A stretch of 64,000 nucleotides of DNA from an uncultured delta proteobacterium. Lineage in GTDB: Bacteria > Desulfobacterota > Desulfomonilia > Desulfomonilales > Desulfomonilaceae. The translations under genes were made by a program, and so were the position numbers. Below the pieces are notes generated by a model. The model was given only the letters and a program-made list of their open reading frames with translations, did no database searches and was not told the origin of the DNA. Every line of letters begins with the position of its first letter. Within the stretch, counting starts at the first letter, position 1. Positions 40,984 through 52,600 of this stretch are shown here, piece after piece. The DNA lies in NCBI GenBank assembly GCA_963789265.1, contig CAWBKB010000007.1:320001-384000 (forward strand). Direction: 5' to 3'.

Positions 40984-42684
40984 CTAGATTTCCACTTCTG
41001 TAATGCGCGTCAGGCCCGCGCGCATCGGTTGAATGATGACGAAGAGGGCAACCGCCAATGCTCCGAGGAAACAGCCACCAATCAGGAAGTAATCGCGCAA
41101 GATCAGGCTGTCCCCCAAAAATCCGGTTAACACGATCCGGTACACCGGAAAGGCTTCCAGCAAGATCACGGCCGTCACTGCCAGGGCCGAATAGATCATA
41201 GTGAGGACTCCGCCGAAGCCGGTAAAGGCCCGGTTGGGGTCCACCTGCTTGAAATCGGCGTACTTCACTCCCATGCCTATAGATAATGAGGTTATGCCTA
41301 CGGTCAAAAAGGCCATGGTCACTGTGGAAACCATTGAAATAATAAACCCCAGTCCGAGGAGCCGATTGGTCATAATCACCAGAAACAGACCCAGGTACAA
41401 GCATGGGTGCCAGATAGAAATAGAATTTGACCCAAAGTATCTTGCGTAGCCCTACCGGGGAGCCTTTGACAATCCAGAATGCACGCCCTTCGGAAGAAAT
41501 CGCGGGAAAGAGGAACCTTACACCAAGCGAGGAGAGCACAAAACCGGCGAGGCCGATATTCAGAAAGGCTATGGTATTCTTGAGAAACATCGTAGCAGCA
41601 GGCGAATCCAGAGAGGGTAACACGCTGAAATTATATAAATAAACTGTAATCAGTGCGAGCAGCAGTAAAAGCTGGCTTAGCCGGCCCCAGTCTCTCGCCA
41701 TCAGCAAAGTTTCTTTTACCGTCAGCCGCACGGTCACCCTGTCGAAGAAGCGGCTGAGAAAACGCCCGAAGAAGTCAATGAATCTGCTTTGACTCAGTCT
41801 TGCGCCTTTCGATTCCATTGCCTTGGAGTAAGCCTGAAAATGAACCGCCTGGTGGTTATGACCGGCCACGCGGAACGCCGCGACAGCCCCCGAAACGAGA
41901 AGAGCCATAAAGAAAGGGATTTGATCGAATCCTTGCCCGGTAATGTAAGGCCGTAGTGTTTCCATGATCCACGTTGTCGGCAGCAGAGGAGAGGATGATT
42001 CCGACATAATCGAAAGGTAGTCCATTACCGACAGCGAAACCGGCCGGATTCAGAAATTCTTCCGGCCGCATCATCCTGAACAAGAGATAGAGCCCTACGA
42101 ATATCAGAACGCCCACCAGCACGAAGATGTCCCGGAGTCGCCTGACCGGAAAGGTCCGAACAAGGATTTGCATAACGAACACCGCGGCTGCAGTGGTCAT
42201 TACCATTAGGCACAGGAAGCCCACCGCGCTCAGCGCATAAAAAGACCACCCGGCGTTAAAGACTCTGCCGTAGGCCAAAAAGACCGGAAAACCGAAGACC
42301 AGCACCATCCACGACGAGTCCACCAGAGTTTCTATGAATCGAGCCGTGTAGAGCGATGGACCGGGAATAGGAGCAGCCATGATAAGTTCAAGGTCTTCAG
42401 AAAGGAAAAAGGTGGAAAAGGTGGTAATCATGTTGCTGATAATTACCACGAAGGCGAAGGTCATCAGAAGCATGGACAGGAGCTTAGTGGCCGCAATAGT
42501 TCCAAACATCTCTTCAGCGGTAAAGTACAGTCAGCGCCTTCACAAAAACCACGTATATAGCTGTCCAGAAAATCGCGACCAGCGCAGCGAGGAAGACGTA
42601 GCGGAGCCGATCGTGTCCGGAAACTCTAAGACGATTGCGCAGCTTTTTCCAACGAGGGCTCAAAAGCAGTGGAACATTTGTCAT
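40984..42684 (-). CDS. Putative ABC-2-type transporter permease, broken by ~4 frameshifts
   Basis: Fragments MTNVPLLLSPRW / RNRLR...FWTAIY / TFFLSEDLELI..RPEEFLNP / RDWGRLSQ..SSEGRAFW / GGVLTMI join into one membrane protein. Confidence 0.75.
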
Positions 42685-42756
42685 CGGCAATCTTCGAGAT
42701 TCAGTCTGATAAGATCAATCCGGCGAGTCGTGGAAAAGTCGTCCGACATGAATTAA

Positions 42757-42833
42757 TAGACTGTCTCAAAATTAGTTTGAGTCAGAAAATCGAGCAACGG
42801 TTCCGAGCAGCAAAATAGTCCTGAGACAGCTTA
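42757..42833. repeat. Small MITE-like remnant with ctgtctca/tgagacag inverted ends
   Basis: tagactgtctcaaaa ... ctgagacagctta. Confidence 0.4.
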
Positions 42834-42853
42834 TGGAGATGCGTTCCCAGGCG

Positions 42854-43285
42854 TTACGCATCCGGTTTTTCATCAGTTGGGGTGCTTTTCTGCGGCTCTT
42901 TCTGCTTCTCTATCTTTTCTTCTTTCTTCGCCCGCTGTTCGGCGGAGTCTTCAGGCGCCGCTTTTTCCTCCTCTTGGGCTGCCTTTTCAATGAGTTCCGC
43001 ATAAAAGTCGGGCCCGGTTTTCTCTTCGGCGGGCGGCACGAGATCTCCCTGATCGACTATTTGCCGAGCGGCTTCATCGTTTTTGCGCGGCGGTTCGTAG
43101 TGATGAGTATCCATAGAAGTGAGAGCGTCCAAATCCACACTGTTACGGATGTCCCACATCATCTTCTGCAGATCCCTGTACAATTTTCCTGCGACTTTAG
43201 CCGTTTCTGCAAGCTGACGCGGCCCCAGGAAAATCAGAGCGACCACGAGAATAAGCACCACTTCCCACATCGAAATTCCGAACAC
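42854..43285 (-). CDS. tatB: Twin-arginine translocase subunit TatB (TatA/B family)
   Basis: MFGISMWEVVLILVVALIFLGPRQL N-terminus; charged tail. Confidence 0.82.
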   Translation of the reverse strand: MFGISMWEVVLILVVALIFLGPRQLAETAKVAGKLYRDLQKMMWDIRNSVDLDALTSMDTHHYEPPRKNDEAARQIVDQGDLVPPAEEKTGPDFYAELIEKAAQEEEKAAPEDSAEQRAKKEEKIEKQKEPQKSTPTDEKPDA

Positions 43286-43436
43286 TTACAGCCTCTCTTG
43301 CCGGTCTTCTATCCTAAACACTATACCACATTCCTAAAAATGTACTGATAGCAACCGGCAATCCCGCGTTGCGCGCGGGACCGTCCTACAGAAGTTTTCA
43401 TGTTTCGTTGCAACTCCCTAACCTTGTGATTAGGAA

Positions 43437-43901
43437 TCAGATCTCACCCTCGATGGAGACAACGCTCGTGACATCGAGAATATCCATATAGTGAGGGCCT
43501 CCGCCCCAGGATTCGATGAGCAGGGATACGTTCCCAATAAGTGCGTCCAAACGTGTATCTTGCGACGTGAAGGTGGATTCTTCGTCGCGCAAATGCTGCA
43601 TCCAATCGAGCACATTGGACCGCAAGCATATCTTGACCTCGAACCCTTTGCCTTCCTTTATCAGGATGACCTGGCCGCAGTGCTTTTGTTCCGATGAGGC
43701 AAAGGGATGTTTGATGTCGTAAAGCTCCACGTCTTGCCCACGTATAGTTCGAATCAGCTCGATTCTTCGCATCTCTTCATCGAACAGGATTTCCGATTTT
43801 TCGAAGCACTGATCGCAGAGTGCGGGATCTTTTGCCGGAAAAGCGGCAGGGGCCTCGCCGCAAAGAACACAAGTTTGTTCAGGGGGAGATGAAATCGCCA
43901 T
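43437..43901 (-). CDS. Hypothetical protein with N-terminal CxxC...CxxC zinc finger
   Basis: GGAG RBS; CVLC...CDQC. Confidence 0.65.
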   Translation of the reverse strand: MAISSPPEQTCVLCGEAPAAFPAKDPALCDQCFEKSEILFDEEMRRIELIRTIRGQDVELYDIKHPFASSEQKHCGQVILIKEGKGFEVKICLRSNVLDWMQHLRDEESTFTSQDTRLDALIGNVSLLIESWGGGPHYMDILDVTSVVSIEGEI

Positions 43902-44179
43902 AATTGATTCTCCAGGCCGCGATGTCCTGCGCGGCGAAATTGCAAAATGTCCCCGATTGGTGGAAGATGGGCCGGGCCCTTCACTCGAAGGGATTTGAAT
44001 CAACCTGGACCCGGTTTTTAATTAAGACCGGTCATCACCTCAGAATGCTGTAACTCTGGTCCTTTCCTCGTTGTCCAGGCCGCGCGTGCTCGGCTACCGA
44101 GGGGATGTGAAGACTCGTTCGAGCCTCGTTTGATGTATGATAGCATCGACCATCTGCCTTGAGAAGGAGAACAACTATT

Positions 44180-44887
44180 ATGCGGATTACGACACTTGCA
44201 ATTCTGCTGACCCTGTTCACCGTGCCTGCATTCATTCAAGCCCAAGCCGGACCCATTATAAACTTCGACAAGGAGAGTCACGATTACGGCAAGGTCAAAT
44301 TCGGTGACACGGTAACGCATAAATTTATTGTTACCAATACCGGAGACCAGCCTCTAACCATTAGCAAACTCGGATCAAGCTGTGGCTGCACACACGCAAT
44401 AAAGGGCGCTTCGACGGTTCCGCCCAATGGAAAGACTGAGATAGTGGCTTCTTTTAACACTGCCGGCCTGCGAGCAGGAAAGAAGCAAAAGCATGTTTTT
44501 GTCCACTCGAACGACCCCAAACGACCGATGGTCAATCTGACTATCACCGCCGACATAGTGAAAGACCTCAGCCTTGATCCGCCAAGCCTCGCCAAGAAGT
44601 TGCCCGAGAGGGCCGATACGCTTTCCTTTCCCGAGAAGGTCACCAACTCATCTGATCGGGTGGTAACGATACAGGGCGCGACCGTGCAGGCGGGATCAGT
44701 CCGGGCGGAGTTGAGCCCCGAAAAAGTCGTAGTGAAGCCGCATTCTACGGAGCCGTTCACTCTCGTATTGAAACTCAAGAATGGACCAAATCAGTTCTTC
44801 TGGATGGGAAGAGTCTTTCTGGCAACCGATCATCCGAGGGAAAAAAAGTTGGAGCTGCGCTATCTAATTCAGCTCAAGCCTGAATAG
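44180..44887 (+). CDS. Exported DUF1573 (Ig-like) domain protein
   Basis: Signal peptide; F.VTNTGDQPL.I....SSCGCT and V.SNDP. Confidence 0.9.
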   Translation: MRITTLAILLTLFTVPAFIQAQAGPIINFDKESHDYGKVKFGDTVTHKFIVTNTGDQPLTISKLGSSCGCTHAIKGASTVPPNGKTEIVASFNTAGLRAGKKQKHVFVHSNDPKRPMVNLTITADIVKDLSLDPPSLAKKLPERADTLSFPEKVTNSSDRVVTIQGATVQAGSVRAELSPEKVVVKPHSTEPFTLVLKLKNGPNQFFWMGRVFLATDHPREKKLELRYLIQLKPE

Positions 44888-45417
44888 GTGGCTGTTGCGT
44901 AAGCGTAATCACGTTGTCCGAAGGTGACGCAGGAGTCCTCGTATCGTGGCCGGGGCGATCCGAACGGGATCTGAAGCTGTTGATAAGGCGGAGGGCCTGA
45001 TCCACTCCGTACTTCCAAAGTACTAGAATCAGAAACCGCCGTCCCGGCTAACCCCAACAGGCAGAATGCAAGCAGGATGTAGCCGATCCACCCCGCTCCG
45101 AGGCTATTCTGCGACAATGGGATCGTCAACAGTAGAAGCAGGAAAAACGATCTGGGAAGCGAACCCAAACAGCTCAGAAACGTTTGGACGCAATCCAACA
45201 CTTTCATCATTATCTTGAAGGCGGCCCAAATGAGGCCGGCGCCAAAAATGAGGAACACGCAAAGCCGACCCAGGATGATTTCTGTCGAAGAAACCTGCAA
45301 GCCACTGAATAGAAAATCCAGTTGGAAAAAATTTTGCAACTGAGGCAAGCCGTCCCAGGGAATGTTCATACCGGTCTCCAAAGCAAGGTGATTAGATTCA
45401 TTTAATGGTTCAACCAT
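44869..45417 (-). CDS. Hypothetical membrane protein (3' end probably frameshifted)
   Basis: Three hydrophobic segments. Confidence 0.55.
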   Translation of the reverse strand: MVEPLNESNHLALETGMNIPWDGLPQLQNFFQLDFLFSGLQVSSTEIILGRLCVFLIFGAGLIWAAFKIMMKVLDCVQTFLSCLGSLPRSFFLLLLLTIPLSQNSLGAGWIGYILLAFCLLGLAGTAVSDSSTLEVRSGSGPPPYQQLQIPFGSPRPRYEDSCVTFGQRDYAYATATYSGLS

Positions 45418-45612
45418 TTATCATATTAACCTTAAATAACGTAACTATTAATGCACATATCTTTCTAATTATCAAGAAGAAAAACCGTCGAGCGCTCTTG
45501 GGCTCGATAATGTCGGGGATGCAGCACCGGTCTTGAGTTGCTCCAAAGCTGTTGTTGACAAAATCAGTGTGCGACCGTACAGTCATGGCCAATAGACCGT
45601 ATTACGGATCCC

Positions 45613-47280
45613 ATGAACGCTGGCCAAAATAGACAGATTTTCTTTTTCTCCTCCATCGGCCCCTCAGAAACAAACGGCCCGGGCATAAGAATCATCATCG
45701 GTATTCTTCTGCCTTTGCTTTTAATAAGTCTGGGAGGGTGTGGGCGATCTCCCACCTCCAAGATGGATCAGGCGAGGCGATTGATAGATAACGGAGAATA
45801 TGCCAAGGCAAAGAAGATACTGACTGAAGTGATAGACAAGAACCCGAAAAATGCGTCAGCGTTAATTATGAGGGGGCGAACCTTGGAAAGAACGGATGAA
45901 AGCAGCCTCGCTCTTGAGGATTACAAGCTGGCTCTGGACCTGGACCCGGCATCGGCGGATGCATGGGAGGCAAGAGGGAGGCTACTGGCCCGGCTGAAAC
46001 ATTACGACGACGCCTTGAGCGACTTGGCCCGCGCTGCCGAACTCTCGGCACATCCAGCCCCTATTTTCACAGCCATCGGTATGGTGCATTACGATCGCGA
46101 GAATTATAAAGAGGCTCGATCCTATTTTGATAAAAGCTCAGCCACGGATCCAACCGAGGAGGGAGGCTATTTCGGAAGAGGGGCAATTTTGATTGTGAAA
46201 AAGGACTATCTCGGTGCAATTAACGAAATGGACAAGCTGCTCAAGATGCAGCCCAAGAGCGCCCAGGCCCTGTTCAGGCGAGGTTTCGCCTTCCTCAAAG
46301 CCTCTCAGCCCCTTAAAGCAGTGGGCGATTTCAACAAAGCCCTGGAGCTGGACCCCGATATGAAGGAAATATACTGGTATCGGGCCGATGCGTACCGGGC
46401 TCTCAATGATCTCGCACAGGCCCTGAAAGATTACAAGCAGGCTGCCAAAGCCGAACCGGAAGATCCGATACTTTTCCTTAACCAGGGAACACTTTTGATG
46501 ATGATGGGGAGGTATGAAGAGGCTCTGGAGATGCTGCGTCGATCCATAGTGCTTGACCCGGACAACCCTCTGCCCTACTCGAACAGAGCTGTGCTGCACA
46601 TGCGAATAGGGAATTTTCTGGCGGCCCTGAGGGACTTGAACAAGGCGCTGGCCATCAAGCACGACAATCCTTGGCTTCTCACCAAGAGGGCGTACATATT
46701 CAAACTCATCGGCAGAGGCGACAGAGCGCTTGCCGACCTAAACAATGCTTTGCGACTCGATCCCAACAGCCATGAAGCATGGCTGGTTCGTGGAAGTCTT
46801 TATTTCAACGAAAAGCAGCTTAACCGAGCGATTGGCGATCTCAACCAGGCGATAAAGCTAATGCCCGATGACCCGACGGCGTATCAACTCCTCGCCGAAG
46901 CGCTAATGCACAAAGGCAACAGCGACGAAGCACTGGAGAAGGCAGGTCTGGCCCTGAAGAAGGATTCTTCGTTCGTGCCGGCCTACGTGACAATTGGCGA
47001 CATACACAGGGGGGATTCACAGATAGACCGAGCCCTGGAAGCCTATTCACGGGCGCTAAACATCGATCCCAGCAATTTTGAAGCGCGTGTGAAAAGAGCC
47101 AAGTTGTACATGCAACTGAATAAATATTCCGACGCCGTCGCGGACCTCAAACAGGCCGCGAAGGTCAATCCACATAGCGGGGAGGTCTACGTGCTCCGTT
47201 CTCAATGCTATGAGATTCTTGGCGATAAAGAAAAGGCGCGACAAGACACCTGGAAGGCGAGAGTATTTGCAGACCGCTAG
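45613..47280 (+). CDS. TPR-repeat lipoprotein
   Basis: Lipobox-like LGGC; many 34-aa A..D...A..L.P repeats. Confidence 0.9.
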   Translation: MNAGQNRQIFFFSSIGPSETNGPGIRIIIGILLPLLLISLGGCGRSPTSKMDQARRLIDNGEYAKAKKILTEVIDKNPKNASALIMRGRTLERTDESSLALEDYKLALDLDPASADAWEARGRLLARLKHYDDALSDLARAAELSAHPAPIFTAIGMVHYDRENYKEARSYFDKSSATDPTEEGGYFGRGAILIVKKDYLGAINEMDKLLKMQPKSAQALFRRGFAFLKASQPLKAVGDFNKALELDPDMKEIYWYRADAYRALNDLAQALKDYKQAAKAEPEDPILFLNQGTLLMMMGRYEEALEMLRRSIVLDPDNPLPYSNRAVLHMRIGNFLAALRDLNKALAIKHDNPWLLTKRAYIFKLIGRGDRALADLNNALRLDPNSHEAWLVRGSLYFNEKQLNRAIGDLNQAIKLMPDDPTAYQLLAEALMHKGNSDEALEKAGLALKKDSSFVPAYVTIGDIHRGDSQIDRALEAYSRALNIDPSNFEARVKRAKLYMQLNKYSDAVADLKQAAKVNPHSGEVYVLRSQCYEILGDKEKARQDTWKARVFADR

Positions 47281-47597
47281 CTTGAGAGGGATAAAACGTT
47301 AAGAAACGCATCATTTCTCAAATGATGATTCGGAGCGATTTTTATTGGATCCAGGTGAAGATTCCCACTCATGTCAATACGGCGTCAAACAAGTGATGAT
47401 CCTGGACGGGATATGGTGGGGCAGGCAGGATACCAGCCATTCATCATCTCGTACTCCGATCCGGGAAGTAGCGCAGTTGGACGGGCATCTTGCCCGCCGA
47501 CAGGCGAGCCGCCTGTCCACCACGCCGCCGGCGACCAATGAATTACCGGCACGGAAGCCGGTCTTACTTGTGCCCGCGTACGCGGGCATAACGAAAT

Positions 47598-47811
47598 GTA
47601 GGGGCGGGTTTCAAACCCAATGCTGTTGACTTAAGCCGCATGCCCCTTGTCCAGGAACTTTTCCTTCGACGGGCCTTCACCTCGTCATTCCGGCGGAGGC
47701 CGGAATCCAGGTTTTCCTAATCTCCCCTGGACCCCGGCCTTCGCCGGGGTGACGGTGGGGTAGACGGAGGTCCCTTAAGTCAACAGCATTGGGTTTCAAA
47801 CCCGCCCCTAC
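47598..47811. repeat. GTAG-type REP palindrome split by a MITE
   Basis: Reconstitutes to gtaggggcgggtttcaaacccgcccctac. Confidence 0.85.
47618..47791. mobile_element. IS4-like MITE (174 bp) carrying a CGTC-type REP doublet
   Basis: 18-bp perfect TIR caatgctgttgacttaag; 11-bp TSD ggtttcaaacc (47607-47617 and 47792-47802). Confidence 0.9.
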
Positions 47812-47904
47812 TTGCGTGACAGCAAATCGGTATCAGCCTTTTGCAATATAACAGGACAATCGGTTGTGGTGCAGCCCTCTTGCCCCCGCCTCTAAGGCAA
47901 CTCC

Positions 47905-49203
47905 TTACCTTTCATCAATGATTCTGCGCGCTTTACCTATACTTCTCTCAATGGTGTCTTGAGGCAGAATCTTCACCGGGACGTTGATCCCGATGACTTG
48001 CTGTATCCGTGATGAAATCTTCTTTGCGAGTTCGTCAACCTTCTCCTGGCCGGCTTCATAAATTGCCCGCTTGACTTCCGTTTCAACCATAATGTTGTCG
48101 ATATAGCCCTTCTTCCTCAGTCGAATCTGATATTGGGGCTCCACCTCCTCAAACTCCATAAGGACCACTTCCACCTGAGACGGAAAGACATTCACTCCGC
48201 TGATGATCATCATGTCGTCGGAGCGGCCAAGTATCTTGTCCATCGTGATCAGAGTGCGCCCGCATTCACATTTTTCACGCCGCAATGTGCAAATGTCACG
48301 TGTCCTGTAGCGGATCACAGGCATGGCACGTCGCTGCAGTGCCGTGAAGACCAACTCCCCTTCCTCTCCGAGAGCAAGAGGTTCCAAGGTGCTCGGATCA
48401 ACTATTTCCGGAAGCACGTGGTCCTCGTTCACATGAATCCTGTAATATTCACAGGTAAAAGAAACCCCTGGCCCCATGAGTTCCGTTAGTCCGTAGTGCT
48501 CATACGCGTGCATGCCGCCTCTGGATTCTATATCGCTGCGCATTTCGACGCTCCAGGGCTCGGCCCCGAAATGGCCGGTCTTCAGCGAGGAATTCTTAAT
48601 ATCAAATCCCATCTTCTCGGCCTTTTCGATGATTGTCAGACAGTATGAAGGAGTGCAGCACAGAGCATTTACCCCGAAGTCCTGGATAAGCATTATCTGC
48701 CTCTCCGTCATCCCTGCCCCCGAAGGCACAACTGCGCAGCCGACCCTTATTGCGCCCTGAAGAAAACCGAGACCGCCTGTAAACAGCCCCATGCCGTATG
48801 CATTTTGTAAGATGGTATCGGGCCGAACTTCCTGAGCCCACAAGCCTCGCGCCATGCAATCTGTCCACTGGTCCAGATCCGCGGCCGTATAAGGGCCGGT
48901 GATCGGCTTGCCGGTAGTCCCGGAAGAGGCATGAATTCGAACCACTTCAGACATAGGCACGGCGCACAACCGAAACGGATAATTGTCCCGCAAGTCAGTC
49001 TTCACTGTAAACGGAAATTTTGCTATGTCTTCGAGCTTCTGAAAATCCGCAGGTTTTACCCCTTTTTCGTCGAAGATCCTCTTGTAAAATGGAACCTTGT
49101 CATAAACCCATTTGAGAGTCTCCGTCAGTTTTTCGGTCTGAAGAGCTTTCATCGCGGACTCGTTCATTGTTTCGAACTTTTCGTCCCAAAACTTTTTTGA
49201 CAT
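47905..49203 (-). CDS. paaK: Phenylacetate-CoA ligase family protein
   Basis: RIHASSGTTGKP, GAEPWS, YGLTE, RYRTRD and GRSDDM. Confidence 0.88.
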   Translation of the reverse strand: MSKKFWDEKFETMNESAMKALQTEKLTETLKWVYDKVPFYKRIFDEKGVKPADFQKLEDIAKFPFTVKTDLRDNYPFRLCAVPMSEVVRIHASSGTTGKPITGPYTAADLDQWTDCMARGLWAQEVRPDTILQNAYGMGLFTGGLGFLQGAIRVGCAVVPSGAGMTERQIMLIQDFGVNALCCTPSYCLTIIEKAEKMGFDIKNSSLKTGHFGAEPWSVEMRSDIESRGGMHAYEHYGLTELMGPGVSFTCEYYRIHVNEDHVLPEIVDPSTLEPLALGEEGELVFTALQRRAMPVIRYRTRDICTLRREKCECGRTLITMDKILGRSDDMMIISGVNVFPSQVEVVLMEFEEVEPQYQIRLRKKGYIDNIMVETEVKRAIYEAGQEKVDELAKKISSRIQQVIGINVPVKILPQDTIERSIGKARRIIDER

Positions 49204-49402
49204 GCGGTGCCTCCTCAAAGATGGATATATTTTTTTCCGAGGATGGACGATACGCGAAGGGCTGTTTGGATCTAAAATTATGGGATCATGTCAGTGCTGT
49301 CAAGCTAAAACAGGCTGCTTCGCCATTCGCTTCTCTGTGCGAATCTCCGTAAAGGACTGTTCGCCGGACTGAATTATTGAGATGTGAATGACGGCCGATC
49401 TC

Positions 49403-49560
49403 CATAGGAGCTAACTTACCGATTTTTCCCCCTTTTCTAAAGGGGATTTAGGGGGATTTTCAAGGAGTTAGACCAAAATCCCCCCTAACCCCCCTTTACG
49501 AAAGGGGGACTTTGATGGCACATGGCCCTGCAACAAAATTGCCTTAAGTTAGCACCTATG
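49403..49560. mobile_element. IS4-like MITE with C/G-run palindromic core
   Basis: TIR cataggagctaactta / taagttagcacctatg; homologous to 53959-54136; no clean TSD. Confidence 0.8.
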
Positions 49561-49689
49561 GAATCGGAGTCCGGACTGACGCAGTCGGATAGGGTTGCGG
49601 GCACAGATAACATCACTCGAAATAGGTTGTCGCATTTAGGAAATAGAGTACTAACCGCTCAAGATCTCGCTGAGAGGACCAGCCCCGTC

Positions 49690-52600
49690 TCAGTTCGTCA
49701 GCGATTTCAGCTTTGAGGCCGTGACTCTGTCAAGGGCCGTCTCCAGCATTGGAGTCACTTCGGGCGATTGGGCCGGACCGTGAATCTTTAGAATCACTGT
49801 CACGGGGGTCTTCACCGGCTGGGGAGCCTGCGCCTTGGTCTCGCGGGAATCGGGGACCTCTATACCAAAGCGCTTGAGCTCTTTGCCGAGACCCGTAACT
49901 TTCAGCAAGCCTTCGTGTTTCTTGATGAACTTCTGAACTCCCGGGATTTTCCCCAGAAGATTCCCGGCACCTGTCACGGTCTGAATGCGAGCAAGGAGAT
50001 CGAGCTGGGAGGGGGTCAAACGGAGTGTTCCGATCAGACCGGCACTGAGATCGTGCCCTTTCAGCCTCAAATTATCCGTGGAGGCGGTTCCCGACTTGAG
50101 GACGATATCGCCGGCGACGGACTGGAACTCGAGGATATCACTTTTTGCCACCGCAGTTTGAGGGTCCAGCAGTGTTCCGACGAAAACCCGAAGACCTTTC
50201 AGTGCGTTCTTCAATAGGCCTGCTTTCATCCTTCCCTGCCCTATTTCCAGAGAGAGTCGACCATTGAGTTTCTCCAAGGATGTAACATGCTTCACAGATC
50301 CCTTGACCTTCAGCGGCCCCTCTATTAGCCCGTGGATCGTGCCGGTCAGTTCGGGAATCTCCGCGTCTCCGTTAGTCGTTTCAATCGTGCCTTTGATCTT
50401 TTCGAGGCCCCAACCGGCTCTTTCTTGCTGATAATTTACGGCAAGCAAACGAACAAAACCCGCGGGAATAATACTTTTGTCAGATTGGATCAGCCGGATC
50501 GTGGCTTCCGCAGGTCCGGACAATTTCACCCCTGTTACACCGGGCAGATACCGCAAGATGTTTCTGAAGTCGACCTTCTTTAAGTCCAGAGCCACTTCCT
50601 GGAATTTTCCATTGCGATCTCTGAGAACTCCACGGCCCATGAGCATAACCCCGGGCAGAGTCAGGCGACCACTGGTCAGATCCAGTTCCTTGTGAGAGAA
50701 TCTTCCTGTCGCGTTCAATGAGCCTGCAACGCCGCCTTGTTTGCGGAAGACATGTTTAACATTCACGTCAAGATAAGTCAGCGGAAGCTCCACTGACCAC
50801 GTCATGGCTTGCGGTGACCCTGCAAACTTGGCTTTTAGCGGTGCACTCCCGCTTACCGTTGCACCGGCAGGCAGCTCTAATCCTGCCAGAGCAATTGTCG
50901 CCGAATTGAAAGCCAAGGTAGCGGTGCCGTTGATCGTGGGATCCCCTGAACCGAGAGCGGCAATGCTTGTCTTGGCAGTAAGCAAGTCTGTGGCCTCGTT
51001 TTCACGCCGCACAACGACAGAAGTGTCTCCCAGATCCGCGGTATTCGATTTGAGCACGACCTTGGAGGCGAGGCGCACGGCCAACCCGGACGCCCAAGGG
51101 CCATGTGGGCTGAGCCGGATTCGAGACCCTATCATCCCTATTGTGACGATGGCAGGTTCCAGATTCTTTTGCTCTTTCCACGGATAGAAGATCCCTTTGA
51201 CGGATATGTTCCCCTTTTTGCCCGAGTCCTTTTTCAAGTAAGGCACCCATTCAAGGGCCGTGGAAGTGATATCCGCGCTCGCGTCGAGCCATAGCCTTCG
51301 AGGAAAGCCCCTTGCGATCCACCGAATGGGAAGGGGGCCTGGGATGTGCAATGCCCTAGGTAGTTGAATTCCGAGGTGTTTTAACCACTCAGGCCGAAGA
51401 GGGATCTCTCCTTGCAGGTCCAGAGACCGGTTTCCCGAAAAGGGGTGGGCGACCTTACCTCGCATCGATACGATTCTTCCGGCTCCGCGTATCTCCAGAC
51501 TATCCAACAACAACTGATCCGGATCCAATTTGGCTTGGGCCCACAGGCTGACTTTAGAAGCAATGCCCCTGTACACAGTCGTAGGGACTACATTTTCGAG
51601 GCTCAACGTTCCCTGGAGTTTCCAATTATTGGCTGCGTTCCAGTTTCCATTGATTGCCGCTCTTACTATTCCGCTCTCGGGATTGAAAGGAAGTTGCCGC
51701 GGGAACGATGTCTTGAAAAGCGCCATCGGAAGCATGTCTGTTTCCGCGGTCCCCTGCAAACTCTGAATTCCGGACAAATCCGAGGCAATGAGAATATCAC
51801 TTTGAATGTTCACATGCGTGTTTCCATGGGGATCGATCTTCAGAACCGTCTTCAAGGCAAGCTTGACGGGACCTGCTTTTTCCCACGACAAATGGGCCCG
51901 GACAGCGGCGTTTTTGAACTTCAGGGCAACGCTGGGCATAGGCGGGAAATATATGTGGAAAGGCTTCAGCTCCAAAGAATCGGAGGAGACATCCATCACG
52001 ATTCTTTCCACTTTTGACTGGTCTTCGCTCAACGCTGCCTGCCCCTCGATGCGCACTGAATGGTCCTTTGGTTGTCCGCGGTCAAGTCGGCCTGTAATGT
52101 TAACCGAAACAACGTTCCTCACCGCGTTCCTCTCGAGGGTGCCGTTGATCTGCTTCAGGGATCTCTCAACTACCGTCCCCGGTGAGATCTTTTGATCGAT
52201 CCAATCCACTCTGCCATCGACAAGCTTCACCTCGTTGATGGACAAGTGGAGATGGTTCTCCGGTCTTGCATTGGTGGCCCCAGCCTGGCGGCCGTCACTC
52301 ACTACGGTAAGTTCGGGCTTCGCATTTTTCTTTTTGGGCGATGCCTTACCGGCATAAGTCGGCGATAGGGGGATTAAAGCGCCTTGAATCGTTCCCGTTT
52401 GAGATCTTCGCACTGAAACGGACAATCCCTCAACGGTCATAGATTCAATAGCTATTTCCTTTTTCAAGAGAGGGGCCAAGGATGGTATAAGGATGAGTTT
52501 GTCTGCTGAAACCAGCTTTGCGCCGTCTTTAGAGGTGATGGAAATGCCTCGAACATTCAGAGATATCAGTCGGGGAAAGGACCACGAGACCTTCAGCGGC

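Noticed and set aside
40298..42025. 575-aa permease-hydrolase fusion in the ORF track
   Set aside because: Artefact of the frameshift near 41400; the permease ends at 40984 and the hydrolase starts at 40951.
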